A stretch of DNA of 64,000 nt from Phoronis australis (lineage: Eukaryota; Animalia; Phoronida). Location: assembly GCA_002633005.1 (NCBI GenBank), contig NMRA01000075.1:1039872-1103871 (forward strand), read 5' to 3'. Positions 1 through 13,993 of this stretch are shown here, piece after piece. The notes under the pieces are model-generated. The model was not told the origin of the DNA, did not search any database, and saw only the letters and a list, made by a program, of their open reading frames with translations. Within the stretch, counting starts at the first letter, position 1; each line of letters opens with the position of its first letter. A program made the translations under genes and the position numbers.

Positions 1-635
1 AGAAATTCGACCTTTAATCAGGGAGACACATGCGAAAAGTTGGTGTTTGGAGCATATTCGACTTCCAAATTTTCGGACCCCGCATAAAACAAAGCATACC
101 CGTAGCCAAGAGGGTGTTGCGGATACAAACGCACTCCTTCCCCTCACCACCGGCAGTTGAGGCCCCCTTAAAAGCCGTTAGATCTGCTTCGGTCTAAGCC
201 ATAACAAACTACGCAAAAATTAAGTGTAATATTTGATTTGGCTCTAAAAATTTGAAAATAAACTGATGTATGTGGTCGTAACACGAAGACAATACTGGTT
301 TCTGTCTATTCTAGGTTATTTGGAGAAGCAAGAATCGGAAGACAGTGTTGTCTTCAATCGCACTTGCATTGGTAAAAATTTGCTGCCAAGTCACACAAAC
401 GTGTGTGGTTCGCAAGAAATTATGTGTATTTAGTGATTTTTGCACCTCGGTGAGAGAGTTTTTTTTAAGAATAAAAATAGTCAAAAAATCAAAGTGAAAA
501 ATATTAAACATTACAGTTCACGATTTCAATGAGGATCATAGATTGGGATTGGTAAGAAGATAATTCGGTATGAAATATTTAGTAAATTTTTGTTCTAGTG
601 TTATCAACTGGTAGTGTTCTTAAACAGTCTTATTA

Positions 636-1536
636 CAGAGTCATTTTTAGTTACCACTTGAAATGGAAATTATGCAGAAAAGACAAAAACAATGTCTGAA
701 ACCTTTCAACAGCATGATCAAACTGATCCCGTCAAACTTCATTCACTACGTCATCAAGTAAAAGGCGATATCCCCTGCGACAGCTGTACGTTCCGTAAGC
801 GCGAGAACTTCGCTGAAACCTCAAGATCACGCAAAACTTCACGGATATCGCCATGTATGAAAAGCGAAACATGTGATCGCATTAGCTTCCTTGCGATATG
901 CTTGCGACGTCTACTAAACTCTGCCGGCCAAATGAGAGTACTAAAATTTTCTGAGCAGTGAAAATAAAAACGTAACAGTCTGCCAGAGAGCGATTTCATT
1001 TTTGAAGTCAAGTTTTAAAATAAGTTAATTTTGTTTTATTTTTCGTATTTTTGTGTAATGCTTCATTGTTGTTCTGAGAGATAAAAAGTGAAACGTTTTA
1101 AGGAAAGAGTCTCTGGTTTGAAAGTTACACAAAGGATATTTTGATCTGATTTTCTGACAAATAATAATAGCAGTAATTCCAGGAACCGAACCGTACCGTG
1201 AGAATCGAGAACCGAGGTTAAAAATGGAACCGAACCAAATCGAAAACATGGAACGGTTGCACTTTAAGGAAGTAGGCACGTGAGCCGCCACGTGCTTTGT
1301 AAACATGGAGTGGCAAAGAAACTGCTCAGTTTTAGAAATGGAAATTCAAAAACACCAAGGACATGCAAAGAACTTAATCTTCTTCCTGAGATATTCCATA
1401 ATGTATTTCTTTTGTTATAAAGAATTAATTCCTTATTCGATACTCTTTTATGAATTTAATCCAGTTATCTTGTGACAACTCTACAAACATGCAGTAATTG
1501 TCATTTGAAGTGTGGGTACATTTGTGAGACACCCTG
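636..1536. mobile_element. Old non-autonomous Tc1/mariner-like element
   Basis: Right end GAGACACCCTG|TA; left end TA|CAGAGT...CACTTGAAATGGAAATTATGCA is a degenerate inverse of the right end; internal GAACCG repeats at ~1183-1257. Confidence 0.45.
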
Positions 1537-3593
1537 TATCTAAATCTCAGAGGCGGATTTAGATGGGGGCCAAGGGAGCCATGCCTCCCCCCCCCTTAAA
1601 TCCTCCCAGATTCCATTTGGCAGTTCGGAGATGCGAATGTCTGACGGGCAAAATCCTGGCTAAAACTATGCCCTGGCCCNCCCCCCCCCCCTCATAGCCT
1701 TCTATGGTGTGCCGCCCATGAATGGGTATGATATTATGAAGATGGGATAAAGTTACAGAACTTCTATTTTCGATGAATTGCCGTTTTCGCTGGGTAAAGT
1801 TTAACGACAAACCCGCGCGACAATTACATGTACTTGGCACGTGACTTGGCAAAAAAAATGAGCTCCTAATTATTAATTTTATTACCTGTTACTCGTGAAT
1901 AATAGTGTCTTAGTATATGAATTAGAATGTAAAGGATGACGTGTCTGACAAATTTCTCATCCCCTTTTCAATGAATCACGGTTTTGCTTGAATTTACTGT
2001 TTCAATGTCAATTGAGGCAATGCGCAAAAGCCCCAACATTTACATCTATTTCATGCCATGTGCGAGGATCTTACATATCAGAAATACTGGGATCCTTTCC
2101 TTGCAGTTTATGCGTTAATTTGTGACAAATTGTTACTTCAATGTATTTTTCCATAGAAAGTTTTGTATTTACTCTCTGACGAGAAATCGCCTTCTAAATA
2201 ACTGTTCACTGAAATCCAAATCCTCTACTGTCTGCGCCTGTTTTCTGGTAAATCTCTAACACCACTTATCAGTAGTAACATCCGATATGCAATATTAGTT
2301 TGATTGAGCACGCCACAGTCTTCATTCATCGAAACGTATTCGAGCGTGCCAGCCAAAGAACACCGATTATCCGCCCAGTGGCTTCCATAACTGAGCTGAT
2401 TAGCACAAGGTTTAAATGCTCACTCAGGTTTGCCACCTGGTGTTTAAAGGAAAAAAACACTGGGGGGAGGGACGGGGAGAAGGAGGAAGGGAGATAGGGA
2501 AGAAAGGGGGAGGGAGGGGGGAGGCTGGCATGCAGAGAGATAAGGAAGGGGCGCAACGATTCTTTGTTCATTGACGTAAACATAATCTGTACATGATTTG
2601 ACAAAAGACGAGTAAATCATAATATTGCACGTTAGTTTAACATAATGAATGAGATAGACGATTCAGATTTCTAACACAGGCGGCGTTGCTGATTCAACAC
2701 TGCCACCCAAAAGTCAGGTTTCTGTGACGTTTGCATGCTAAAATGACTATGACTTTGTTATTTGTAGTTAAAAATTACCCCCGGGGTCCTGTTTCAGGTG
2801 ATTTACAATCTTAATTTAAATGCCTGCCCTGAAATTGGTTACGTGTTTTTCATGAAAAAACATCAAAGGACACGTGCTGACTTTTATTAATTTAATTGAC
2901 TTAATTCAAATATGCGTGAGTAACACAGACGTTCTGTCTTACGCCGGCATTAATTGACTCATCCCGCTTACTTTCGTTAAAGTAGCGGCGGATCAATAAC
3001 ATTAACGTAAAGAACAGCTTGCCGTGCTCCCCAACATTAGACCGGTCCACTGGTTTAGCAGTGACCTAGCTCTATTCGACATGTCAAAATACTGCATTGG
3101 GTCAATACGTTTTACATTTCGACGAACAATGACCACTGAGGGCGCGCTGAACTTGGGTGAACATTAAACCCATTTGGTGTAGTATAAAACTGCTTTCAGT
3201 TGGTGTTAACATATACCACTTACTCAGCTGTAGAAGATGTTGAGCAGATTTCACATACATCTATATACAGCAATTCGGAAGTAACAGCCGACACTTGATT
3301 ATTGGTGGTACCAGGTAAACACGACCCGACGGCACCAACTTCCTCGGGGATAGGGGGATGCCGGGCCAAGAACTGCGTTGCCCAGGCGATTGCGCCGCAT
3401 CTGTCCACAGAGTAGTCTAAATTATTCATATTCTTACTCTTTGTTGGAGTCCGCAATGACAAAGTTGTTTTACGCAATATCTACATGTTTGCGCAGGCAA
3501 GATGTTTCAATCGGTCATTTCTCAAGCGATCCTCATCCAGTTCGTAGAAAAACGCGCGGTTATCTGATACTTTCGTGGTACTGGTCAATGAAT

Positions 3594-3665
3594 GACTCGG
3601 TGGTCCAGTGGCGAGAGTACTTGACTGACAATCGAAAGGGCTACTGTTCAAATCCCACGCGGGCT
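3594..3665 (+). mobile_element. tRNA-derived SINE-like head (degenerate)
   Basis: Box A-like TGGTCCAGTGG and box B-like TGTTCAAATCC at tRNA spacing; stems imperfect, so not a functional tRNA. Confidence 0.5.
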
Positions 3666-6600
3666 AGGAATTCCAAAAAATGCTCTCATCGCTGACCGCC
3701 CATGAGTGTACCACATACCCGCGCTCGTTATTGCATGAGCGTGGTAGCACCTGAACCAGGATGAGCCGGATAAATGACAAGCCGAAACGTTTTCCGACAA
3801 ATGGGGTTTTGTAGACAAAATGATTTCACAGGACTCCTACACAGTGAAAAGTTTACCTTTTAAAAAGTCGTGAACGCGCCTTTCTTGAAAGACAAGTAAC
3901 CTTTAGGAAGTAACACTCAAATTGTCAAAATATATGTGATTTCTGGGCTTGGAGTGAAATGATAGTTGGTTTATGCTTAGTCAACACGTTGACTTGTCAA
4001 GGCGGGTCACTTTAATAACTAGGCCTGCATGGTCCGAAGATATATCGATTTATCTCTTCTGTGCAAGATAAAAAATCATTTGAGACCAGTTTTGTGGTCT
4101 AAATCAAAAGTTAGTTTCTTCAACTTTGTAGCTGGTCCAACGCGCCGCTAATGGACTTGTCGAATTGTGTCTAATGTATTTACTCTACTTAAGGTTTATG
4201 AAGTGGTTTGTGTACACTTTTAGACTTTTAAATTGAAACTCGTTCTGGCCGAAATCCCAAAAGTCTATTAAAACTGTATTCTCCCAATTACAAAAGGAAT
4301 CAGTGGCGAAATTAGTTGATGCATTTTACATGTAATTGTAAAATTGCGCTAACTGGGATCGAAAATTTGTTTTTATTTGAGCGACTTGTTTTTAAAAAAT
4401 TGGCCTCAGCTTCCTTACTAGGATTAAAGCTGGTTTCTAAGCATGTAAAGATTTGAGAATTCCACATTGCATCAGGCTTGATATATTTACCATTGCACGC
4501 TTGGTAGAGCCGAGTACCGTCATAAACAATTACGCTGAAACTGAATTTGATGGCGTCCCGTTACTTAAGTTAAAAGAAAGTCATTTTGATACAGAAGGCG
4601 AGTTGATTGCATTAAGCATATTGAGTCTACGAAAATAACGACGACGAAGTGTCGTTTTCATGTATAACAAATACCACGAATTTAATCGAGACATTTCAAT
4701 GCAATAAACAACAAGGCGAAGATTAAAATAGACATCGTATACACTTGTCCATTGACCTGTTGGCTTCATAGTGTTCTGTAGTAGTCTTCCACGTGATGTC
4801 GAGAAGAGGCAAGAATAATTGACCAGTAATTTAGGACCTGAAATCTGAAACTATTATGCAAACTTTGATTTTGTTTGAAGAAATAAACTTGCTATCAAAA
4901 GATATCTGTCGTCTGAGTTTCATACATCCACACCAACTACTTGTATACCAGCTATTACCAAAAACAAAGAAGCAGTTCTTAATCAAATATGGGCTAGTTT
5001 GTTCCTAAATTCTCAAAATTTTTAACATATTTTTACAAGACGTATCGAATGTTTGTAAATGTTCCTCCTTGGATAGTTTTAATCATGTTTTATTAAATAT
5101 CCTGTCAATCAAATAGACCGTGACCATTTCTTCGTTGCCTTTGATTCAAATATTGATGTCGCCTCCATTTACTACAGCTTGCCTAATAATCAACCTGCTT
5201 CATCTTTACTTTATGGTTCGAATCAGCTTAACTTATATCTGAATATTTTCTACTTTCATTTATAATAGCAAACTCAAGTTTTAATAACTTAATATCCTTT
5301 CTGTGTTTTTGTTTTATGTGTCTTTGTCTGTGTTTTGTGACTAGATCGTATCATATTGTTATACCATAGGAATTGTATCTTGTAATTTTGATATCTGTCA
5401 GTAATCAACCTTTTTATTTTTATTCTTATCATTATTCTTTATCTGCCTGCATATAATGTCATCGATTTTCGAGCAGTAATTCTATTACTTTTTGTTCAAT
5501 TCCTTAAGGTGAAATAAACAGTTATCTAGTAACAAACATATATGTGGTTAAAAAATAATGTACAAAAAGTAGATGGAACGCGTGCGCCACCACGGTCTTC
5601 ATAGCAAGTTTAGGCTGTCCGCCGTACAGAGTTATAATGCATTAGAGTGGCTCCGTCGGATATGACCATTTCAGCTCAGCGGAAATAACGTAAATCTAGT
5701 TGAACCTTTGGCTCTAAGAAAATATCAGTTATCTACACGCGTTAAATCCATTATTGTAGATGCTATTTGTCCAACGGTTTAGAGATACACACTCAGTGTG
5801 TGGGTCGTGACAGATGACGAGCTGTACAGGCATAAGAGTTCTCGTCTTCGCACATTTTTCTAGCTATAATGATAGAGTATCATCAAAGTCAGCGAAAAAC
5901 ATCCTTGAGGACTAATTGGCTCAAATTTTAAGATAACGACATCACTTACAAGTCACAGTAATTAGACTGTTGTGGTAAATGAACACGCAGGTAGTTAGTA
6001 AACGTAACACACAAACGTAACACGTAAAGACATCCGCCAACGTGGAAAGCACTATTTAAAAAGTAACACGCAGTCGTTGCGTTGTGATTTCGTGACAACT
6101 CGAATATTGAAGTTGCCGTTGAAGTTATTCTGAAATAAACTATGCTACGTAAAGTGTGACTTAATTACAACTAAAAGTCAAATCTAGGTTACAAAAAATT
6201 ATTTTTCTTAATTAAAAGTGGGCTTGATAGCTTAATTTTGAAGGATTTGATATTTATTTGTTTGTTGGCGATAACGTCAGTATACATATCTCACTTGGCA
6301 TAACTGGGTAAATATACAAGTAAAACTGGCAGTAAATTCCAATTTGATTTCAATTGATGTTGTCGTATGTGTTGAATGTTAGGTTCTGCCAACCCTGTAG
6401 AGAATAAACCCGACTTCCTGTGAGTGACGTCAAACCATTATGAGGTCCGGCGAAGTTCGGAAGTATAACCTAAGCATGTGCAAATTGATTTACGTACCCA
6501 GTTGTTGGGATTTGCGCGAGTTTTGAATATATTTTACAGGAAGCCGCACAACCCATACAGTAGAAATTGCTTCTTTGAGCTATGATGGAGAAATGATAAA

Positions 6601-8189
6601 ATAATTGTTCAGAAAGTACATTTTATGAAAATGAACTCGGCTTTTGTTCTTGGTTGGTTGGAATTACAATTTGATATCAATCGAATCGAAATTGGTGAAA
6701 TTCTTGAAAGAGCTGAGTCCTTGTGTTCTACTATTTTAAATTGGTTTTGAATTGTTTGGAATGAGAATTAGAAAAGTTTTAAATATTTTTCACAAAGTTT
6801 TGACCTTTTTTCAACAAACAAATCTGTGCTTTTTAATTTAAATTGGGCTAAAGTAGGGGTCTTACTATCACGTCTAGTAAAACGAATGTAGTTTGACGAA
6901 TTCTGCATCTAGCTCGCGTACATGTAAATATCTTACTTTCTCAAGAAGCTATCGTGCTATAATCTACTGATCGCATGCTATACACGCGTGTAGCGATCAT
7001 GCTGCAAAAGTCATGGCCGAGCAACTGACACGGGGATAGTCACTGTGATAATTGAGGAACTGTACACGAACAAGGGCCCCTGGAAATGACATGGAAAGGC
7101 CAAGCTATAGAACGCGGAAACTACAATGTGGCTGATCTCGATGATTGATCGGGTTCTTTGTGAAAATATCAATAACTTGTTCTTTTATTCTAGTACCTTG
7201 TACAACATTCTTTCGTCCGTCTTAATTCCTTTTCACGCTGTGGGGACCTCACTCTTTTTCTCGGTGACAGAAATTGTCCAACACCGTTAGCTGGATCGCA
7301 AGCGGTGCTACTTCGCATGACGTAAACGAACAAGTAAACGCATGTGCGTTCATGTGAGTTCAAGTTCAGGTCCTTTGCATTTGATTGGCAATTCTTTCAC
7401 CAATCTGTGATTATTGTGAGAGAATGCAAAGACCCGCGGGTTCAAGGATTTTGTGAACTAGAATCAAAATCGCGATTCGTTTTGATGCATAACATACAAA
7501 AAATGGTTTAATTTAAATTGTAGCGGCCTTATTCCTCAAACTCGAGTTCATCAAATTTAAGAAAACATGCTCATTTATAATCGCGGCCCGTCAATGTTAT
7601 TCCGAAATAAAGGATAATCTATCTGCATACATTTTAGGTCAAGTGCCGATCGTAATAATTTATCGATTAGCACTCCAAGTCTTGCCAAGCAATTTCTTCG
7701 CATGTGTCAAACAGGAAGGTTCTCTATACAAACACAGTCCAGTAGAATTAGTCTGGAAATGGATTCGTGCAAATTGAATATCAGGAATGAAGTTAGCAAT
7801 TTAGTCAAACGAGTTCTTTTTATTGCTTTTCTTTGTATATAAAAAACTTCAAAAGGGAACTTCGGAACACGTCTGTGCCATTGATGGTAATGATTGTTTG
7901 GTGTAAGTCTCTAAGCCAAACATGACAGTGAACCTACATGTACGTTGTCAGATTAATAATTCTTAGGTCGGTTTTGGAGCAAATTGCTTCAAACTAAAAG
8001 TAACATAAATGTCAACACTTTTACAACCGTATATACCGAGCAACTGGATGTCGATAAGACACTGCCGTACCGTATTTTAAAAATGTTTTGTTTATGTTTG
8101 ACGAGTCAATTTCGTTTCGTGTTGCTTTCTGTTAACCTTTGACCCTCCCCCTGCTCCACTTCTTTCTGGTCCACCTCCTCCTCTGCTAT

Positions 8190-8246
8190 GTTGTCGTCGT
8201 CGTCGTCACTGTCGTCGTCGTCGTCACTGTCGTCGTCGTCGTCATC
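8190..8246. repeat. (GTC)n microsatellite
   Basis: gtcgtcgtc runs interrupted by cact. Confidence 0.85.
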
Positions 8247-8350
8247 AAATTTTATGGAAATAATTAAGACAGAAATTTAACTTGGCATGTTTTATTACAC
8301 AATTTGGCTTGTTTTACTAATGCACCGTTCCGTCATATTTTGTTTTTCAG

Positions 8351-8731
8351 CCGTGTCCGTTGGGGTCAGCATCTTCACTTTCGTTGTCATAGCCCTCGAA
8401 CGATACTTTGCCATCTGCTCTCCTCTGAAGTCGCGCCGTTGGCAGACCATCAAGCACTCCTACAAGGCCATTGGCTTAATATGGGTTGCGGCACTCATCT
8501 GTATGCTACCTACAGCCATCACTAATAAGACTGTAGAAACTCCAACTCACACGAAATGCCAAGAAATCTGGGGACCGGAAGAATGGAAGAGGACCATGGA
8601 GAAAGTCTATACATTGTTCCTCGACTTCGTTCTGTTCATTATACCGCTGGCTTTCATATTGGTGTCCTACGGATGTATCACTCGCATTCTGTGGGCAGGT
8701 ATCAAAATGGAAGCCGCGCAAAACAATCGTG
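8351..8731 (+). CDS. CCKR: Cholecystokinin/sulfakinin-type class A GPCR, internal exon (TM3-TM5)
   Basis: Acceptor tgtttttcag|8351 and donor G|GTGAGT at 8732 (phase 1-1). Translation has VIALERYFAICSPLKSRRWQT (ERY motif plus the SRRWQT loop typical of CCK/sulfakinin receptors), TM4 IWVAALICMLP, ECL2 Cys (KCQEIW) and TM5 FLDFVLFIIPL...SYGCI. Confidence 0.88.
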
Positions 8732-8994
8732 GTGAGTGAGTACGAATGCACGTTCCTGTGATGTGCTGAAACTCGAGCACCTCTTGCGTAGTAAAGAACA
8801 GTGTTTAAGTAACATAGTTGCATTTTAACTGTGTATAGAGAAATAGAGTTTAGACATATGATTAGGACTACTGATGTAAGGATTGGTTTAATTTGAAGTA
8901 GACGTGCTCTTCACGTAACGTAAGACCCGTTTGACAAATGGTACCGTGAAGACTAAAAAGATTAAAATTTTTAGGAATGAATTAAATTTTCCAG

Positions 8995-9494
8995 AAATGA
9001 AAACCATCAAGAGTTCCAACTCAACTGATGGCGATGAAGAAGACAGCGATACGGCAACTGTTGCATCGAATGGTCGAATGCTGCCAGAGAGCAATGGCGG
9101 CAAAATACGTGGACCCCACAACATGCAACGCTGGAACACAGAAAAAAGTCTTGCTGCGAAACGTCGTGCCATAAAGATGCTTTTTGCAGTCGTATTGGAG
9201 TTCTTCATTTGCTGGACTCCTGTTTACGTCTTCATTACCATCAATACCTTTGACAACACCTATCTTCTGCATGCCTTGGACGAAGCGTCTGCGCCAATGA
9301 TTTTTAATCTAATTCACCTGTTGTCGTATTGCAACACGTGCTGCAACCCAATCACATACTGCTTCATGAACGCCAAGTTTCGCCAAGGATTCTTGAACGT
9401 TTTTAAGTCCTGTCGCTGCTCAAAAGCCAAGGGGTCTCGCCGACATTACTCGTCCTACGGCCAGTCTCATGGGTCTCCTAAAACAAGTGAGTGA
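8995..9494 (+). CDS. CCKR: Cholecystokinin/sulfakinin-type GPCR, exon encoding ICL3, TM6, TM7 and helix 8
   Basis: Acceptor ttttccag|8995 in matching phase 1. Encodes AKRRAIKMLFAVVLEFFICWTP (TM6 CWxP) and HLLSYCNTCCNPITYCFMNAKFRQGF (NPxxY, helix 8). Ends either at TGA 9494 or at a donor A|GTGAGT at 9487. Confidence 0.88.
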
Positions 9495-9514
9495 ACTTAT
9501 ACGGTATGACTATG

Positions 9515-9766
9515 CTGTGATGGTGTTGCTGATGCCAAAGATGGTAGTGATGATGATGATAATACTTGTGGTGATGGTGGTGCTGGCGGTGATGATGATG
9601 GTGATGATGATAATGGTGATGGTGACGATGGAGGTGACGGTTATGATAGTCATTTTGTTGGTTGTTGTGATGATGGTGGTGGCGATGGCAATAGTTGTGT
9701 TGATGATGATGATGATGGTGGTGGTGATGATGATGATGATGATGATGATGATGGTGATGGTGATGG

Positions 9767-9843
<77 letters not shown>

Positions 9844-10021
9844 GTGATGGTGATGATGATGATGATGGCTATAATGGCGAATGAGGGTGATAATGGCGGT
9901 GGCGGTGTTGATGGCGGTGAGTCTGGTGATGGTAGTGATATGGTGGTGGTTGTCATGATGATGACGCAGACAGCGACAGTAACGGTGGCTGTGATGATAG
10001 TAACAATGATGGTGGTGGTGT
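9515..10021. repeat. (GAT)n/(GGT)n compound microsatellite, ~500 bp
   Basis: Near-pure (GAT)n at ~9720-9870 with degenerate flanks; produces the spurious poly-Met and poly-Ile ORFs. Confidence 0.95.
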
Positions 10022-10685
10022 AAATGTAGTCATGAGGAACTCTCATCAACGAAATAGAACCTGAATTTAAAATTGTGTAAGCTAAATAGATCCCACGTTG
10101 TTTTCGTGACGACATGAACGTCTTTATGTACTTCTGGAAATGTCTGCTCTCAACAAGTGCATGGTGCTCCTCCTTATTAGAGTTATATGCCATGCACAAA
10201 TATCAACTAGGATCGTAATTAAGTAGACATAATTGGGGACCACAGAAGAATTATACTTGGCAAAGCCTCAACCTTCTTCCCTCATTATGCAAGTTGAAGA
10301 TGATATTTGTTCATCTTGGAATGGCTTTTATCATTTTTTAAGATCGATTTTCACAATTTTTTCTACACCTATCCAGAATACTTATGAGAATTCTTTAGGG
10401 GAAATCCTTCAAGTTTTAATCATGGTAGCAATTAAATTGATAAACACGAGAAAGATTGTCTGCTCAGAAAGTATCATGTGATCTTCTAGTACATGGGTAA
10501 GACTAATGACCTCGCAAGACTCAAAGCTTGTGTCAGTTGCTGGGTTATTGTCATGTTGGAGAGAAGATAATTTAGCTGGGAGTAGAGGAAATAGAAGTAT
10601 TTGCCAATCTTGATGTGCATTATATGGTCCAATTCTTCTCGTACGTGGTGAATATCTGCTTTGTGCTTCGCTTATGAGACTGCAT

Positions 10686-13600
10686 GACAGAACGGCATCC
10701 CAGGGTACCTTGTACAGATGAAAGAGGTACCACTATCTGACCAAACGAGTCCACCTGAGTATGTACAGAAATGGATGTCTGCCATTGTCGGGACTTTAGC
10801 TGTGGCCCTTGGGATCTGATAAGGGGTTAGAAATTAGATTTGCGTGGTAGCAGCCGAAACTGATTTAAAATAAACTATCTTGCCACACTGAGCACCAAAT
10901 GACCTATTATTGGCAAAGTGCACTCTCGAAAGGTCCCGCTAGAAATCAAAAAAGGAACTCTCGATATTGAGCTAGGTCAAACAATCCAGATATTACAAAA
11001 ATTAATTGCGTATGATTCAGTGCATGCCACTGATCACTTATTAGCCAATGATGGACAAAATAAAATTTGAGTAACACCCACCAGAAACCTCAATCGTCTC
11101 ACCCACAAAATACCGACCGAAATTGATTTAAAATGAACAATCGTGTCACACTGAGCACTGAATGGACCATGTCTGACTGTAAAAGTGCACTCTAGAAAGG
11201 GCTTGCCAGAAACCCGAAAAGGGCTCCGAAAATTCGAACAAACGAGGTACCTCAAAAATCAATTTAATACGATTCAGTACATTCTCAATTTCTATAACAC
11301 TATTCCAGTCACATCTGCCCCTGTGCAACTGATATACCGGGGGGGTTTACCACATTGATAGAGTGCTAGAAGCTTGAAATCCCGAGGGGTTTTCATTATC
11401 AAGGTACGACAAATTTACTAATGTATTCAGGGTTTAGTATGGGGAAAATAAACCTCTCACCGTGGAATTCTTAATAAAGTGATTTTTGTTCTGCGATAGA
11501 GTTGTAATTCTTCGCCAAAGTCAACTTAATTTTCACAACTAAGCTTCATTAAAGATATGTATAGAAGTAGAAAGGACCAATGATGAAAGTAAGCGTTTTT
11601 TAAATGATAGTTTTAAGTGTAGAGTGTATTTTTGACGAGGTGAAAACTGGAAATCGTTAACCCAAATCCGGTCACGGCCCGTTTAAAATACACTGGAGTA
11701 ACGAAATGAGTACAGAAAGCGAATGGAAGTATTGTAGCCCCTACATGGCCAACCGAGGGGCTACGTGTTGCCTACTAGATGGCCCCGCGTTCGTTTGAAT
11801 GCGCTAAATTTCCCCTTACTCCCAGGTCTCCTAATGTTGTTTATCCATTTTTCACGAAGTTCTTGGTTTGCAGGGAACACATACAAACTCAGATTTTTAT
11901 CTCTCTTGTTGTTTTTGAAGCAGCCAGGAACACAACAAGTGTATCCGCCGTAAGTTTTCTTCGCGCTCATACCGCGTATTACGCTTGTTACTATGGCCGC
12001 TTTCGGAATCCTGACCACAGCACCCACAATGCACCATTTTAACCTAATTTCAATATGGCGTCGCTGCAAATCCGCTATTGACACGTGCGCGTTTGTATCC
12101 GTCCATAAACGAAAATCAAGTGTCTTTAATTTGGTGTTTTCCTAATAATCATTATAATGGCTATGCCCAGACGTTGATTTCTGTGGCAAGTAGACTTGGA
12201 GCCGACAGAAACAGATGATGCTAATAACAGGAAGTAGAGAAATTCTCCCTTACCATTCAAGTTAACAAGTAAACGAAACTCGATAAAAAGCACACGGATA
12301 CGTTTAAGCTTGCACATATCGTAAATTACTGACATGGAAATCTGATGTAACAGGAACAAGATCTCAAATTTTGAGCTAGCTCGATTTTTGGGGATCCTTT
12401 TGGGTTTCTGGCGGGCCCCTCCAGAGTGTAATTTTGATGTCATGGACCATACGGATCTCAGTGTGGCACGATTCGTCCAGCTCCTCAACAATTTAATAAA
12501 GCTTAAATTTTCAACAGCATTTTGTGGGTGGTATTTTTGAGAGTTTCTGACTGACACAACCCCGAGTGTGTTGTATACGGCTATTTGGTGGTCTGAGGGT
12601 CAGTGACGACGGAACGATATGGAATTGTTTCTGTGGTACCTCGAGTGTTTGACTTAGCAAAAAATGGAGAGTCCTTTTCGGATTTCTAGCGGGCCCTTTC
12701 TGGAGAAAAAAATCTATCATGGGTCTATCAGTGCACAGTATAGCACGACTGTTGATTTTGAATCAGTTTTGGCATGTACACTGTACTTCGATTATCTAAT
12801 CCAGCTCTCGTCTTCCCGTGGGATAGCCACCCAGCTGGCTGTAAGAATGATGGCGTCAAAATACAGGTACGAATTGACAGGTGCACATTTTACATAGAAC
12901 TAGAAATTTCCCTCCGCCTGGGTAGTTCTGCTTTTCTGCTCGTCACTTATATCGATATGTGGAGCTAACGAGTCAAGAGATACTCTTCTTGCCCGGTGCC
13001 GCAATTTAAGTGAAAAACAATCCAATAAAAGTCATTTTCTTGCATACTTCTCCGGCTTTGGTATTTAAGAAAGTCCTGTCCTTGACTTTGAAACAGCCGC
13101 TTCTGTCACGCGCACGCGCCATTTTGCTATTTTTTGCGAGTTCTTTCGGGAGATGATGACACGTTTGCCGAAGCGAAATTTGTTCAGAAATTCAGTTTAC
13201 TGGTAATGAAATACTAAAAACCTGTAACAGAGTGAAACCTATTCCGATAATTTGTTGTGAACTATGCGCAACTTTGTGGAAGAACACCTGATTGAAGAAT
13301 CGGTGAAAAAAAAAGAAATTTATTTAGCGAATAGTTAACGCTCTATTCCAATGCACTGGATGCCGATACTTCATGATCGTTCCATAAATTCAGCTGCAGA
13401 ACTGTCGCTGAACGGAATTTTTTTAGCACCGGTAACTAATTTCGTTTACTCTGGGAATAGTTTGGCTTTTAATGTCATCAGCTTTTGTCAAGTTTTATTT
13501 GGCCAAAGTTTACCCAGATTGTTCCAAAGCAATATATTTATACAGCTTTGTACCAAAGATATGCGTGGGTGACACTTTTGGGGGATTCTGGCGGGCACAA

Positions 13601-13993
13601 CCCTGTTGAAAGTTGTCTGTCATAAGCTACTTAGCAAATCACTGTCATTTGCTTTATCATATGCCATTGGATTTCTGTGGTATGTCGAATGTTTGACCTG
13701 GCTTAAGTTAGGGGAGTCTTTTTTGAATTTTGGACTGGAACATTCCAGCATAGGGCATTTTTTCTGCCGGGAATCATTCAGTGCTCAGTGTAGCAAGATA
13801 GTTCACTTTTGGCTGGTACCTCCTATATCTAATCTAGCTCAAATTCCCTCCTCATAAGGTCCGCAGAGGTCCACATCCAGAGTGCAGACACCGGCAGACA
13901 TCCATTTCAGTCCATACCGCAATCCAAGTGCTCCAGTGGTCAGATGTCGGTACCTCGTTCATCTATACTAAGTGCACTGTGTTTCCGGTCTAA
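10686..13993. mobile_element. Old foldback-type element with long degenerate inverted ends and nested insertions
   Basis: 10700-10860 (CAGATGAAAGAGGTACC...GAAATGGATGTCTGCC) is the inverse of 13805-13980 (GGCAGACATCCATTTC...GGTACCTCGTTCATCT); internal subrepeats at 10880-11280 recur inverted at 12380-12770 and 13570-13800. Confidence 0.6.
11761..12076 (-). mobile_element. THAP-domain fragment of a DNA transposon (ISL2EU/PHIS-like terminus)
   Basis: MSAKKTYGGYTCCVPGC...YVFP...WINNIRR is the N-half of a THAP finger, truncated before C-x-x-H; upstream end on the minus strand reads CAAT|AGCGGATTTG. Confidence 0.65.

Noticed and set aside
1-8350. Upstream GPCR exons (TM1-TM2)
   Set aside because: No ORF or spliceable segment with GN or LAxxD motifs was found; they probably lie before the window.
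9469-10199. Poly-Met (+) and poly-Ile (-) ORFs
   Set aside because: Translations of the (GAT)n microsatellite; no coding signal.
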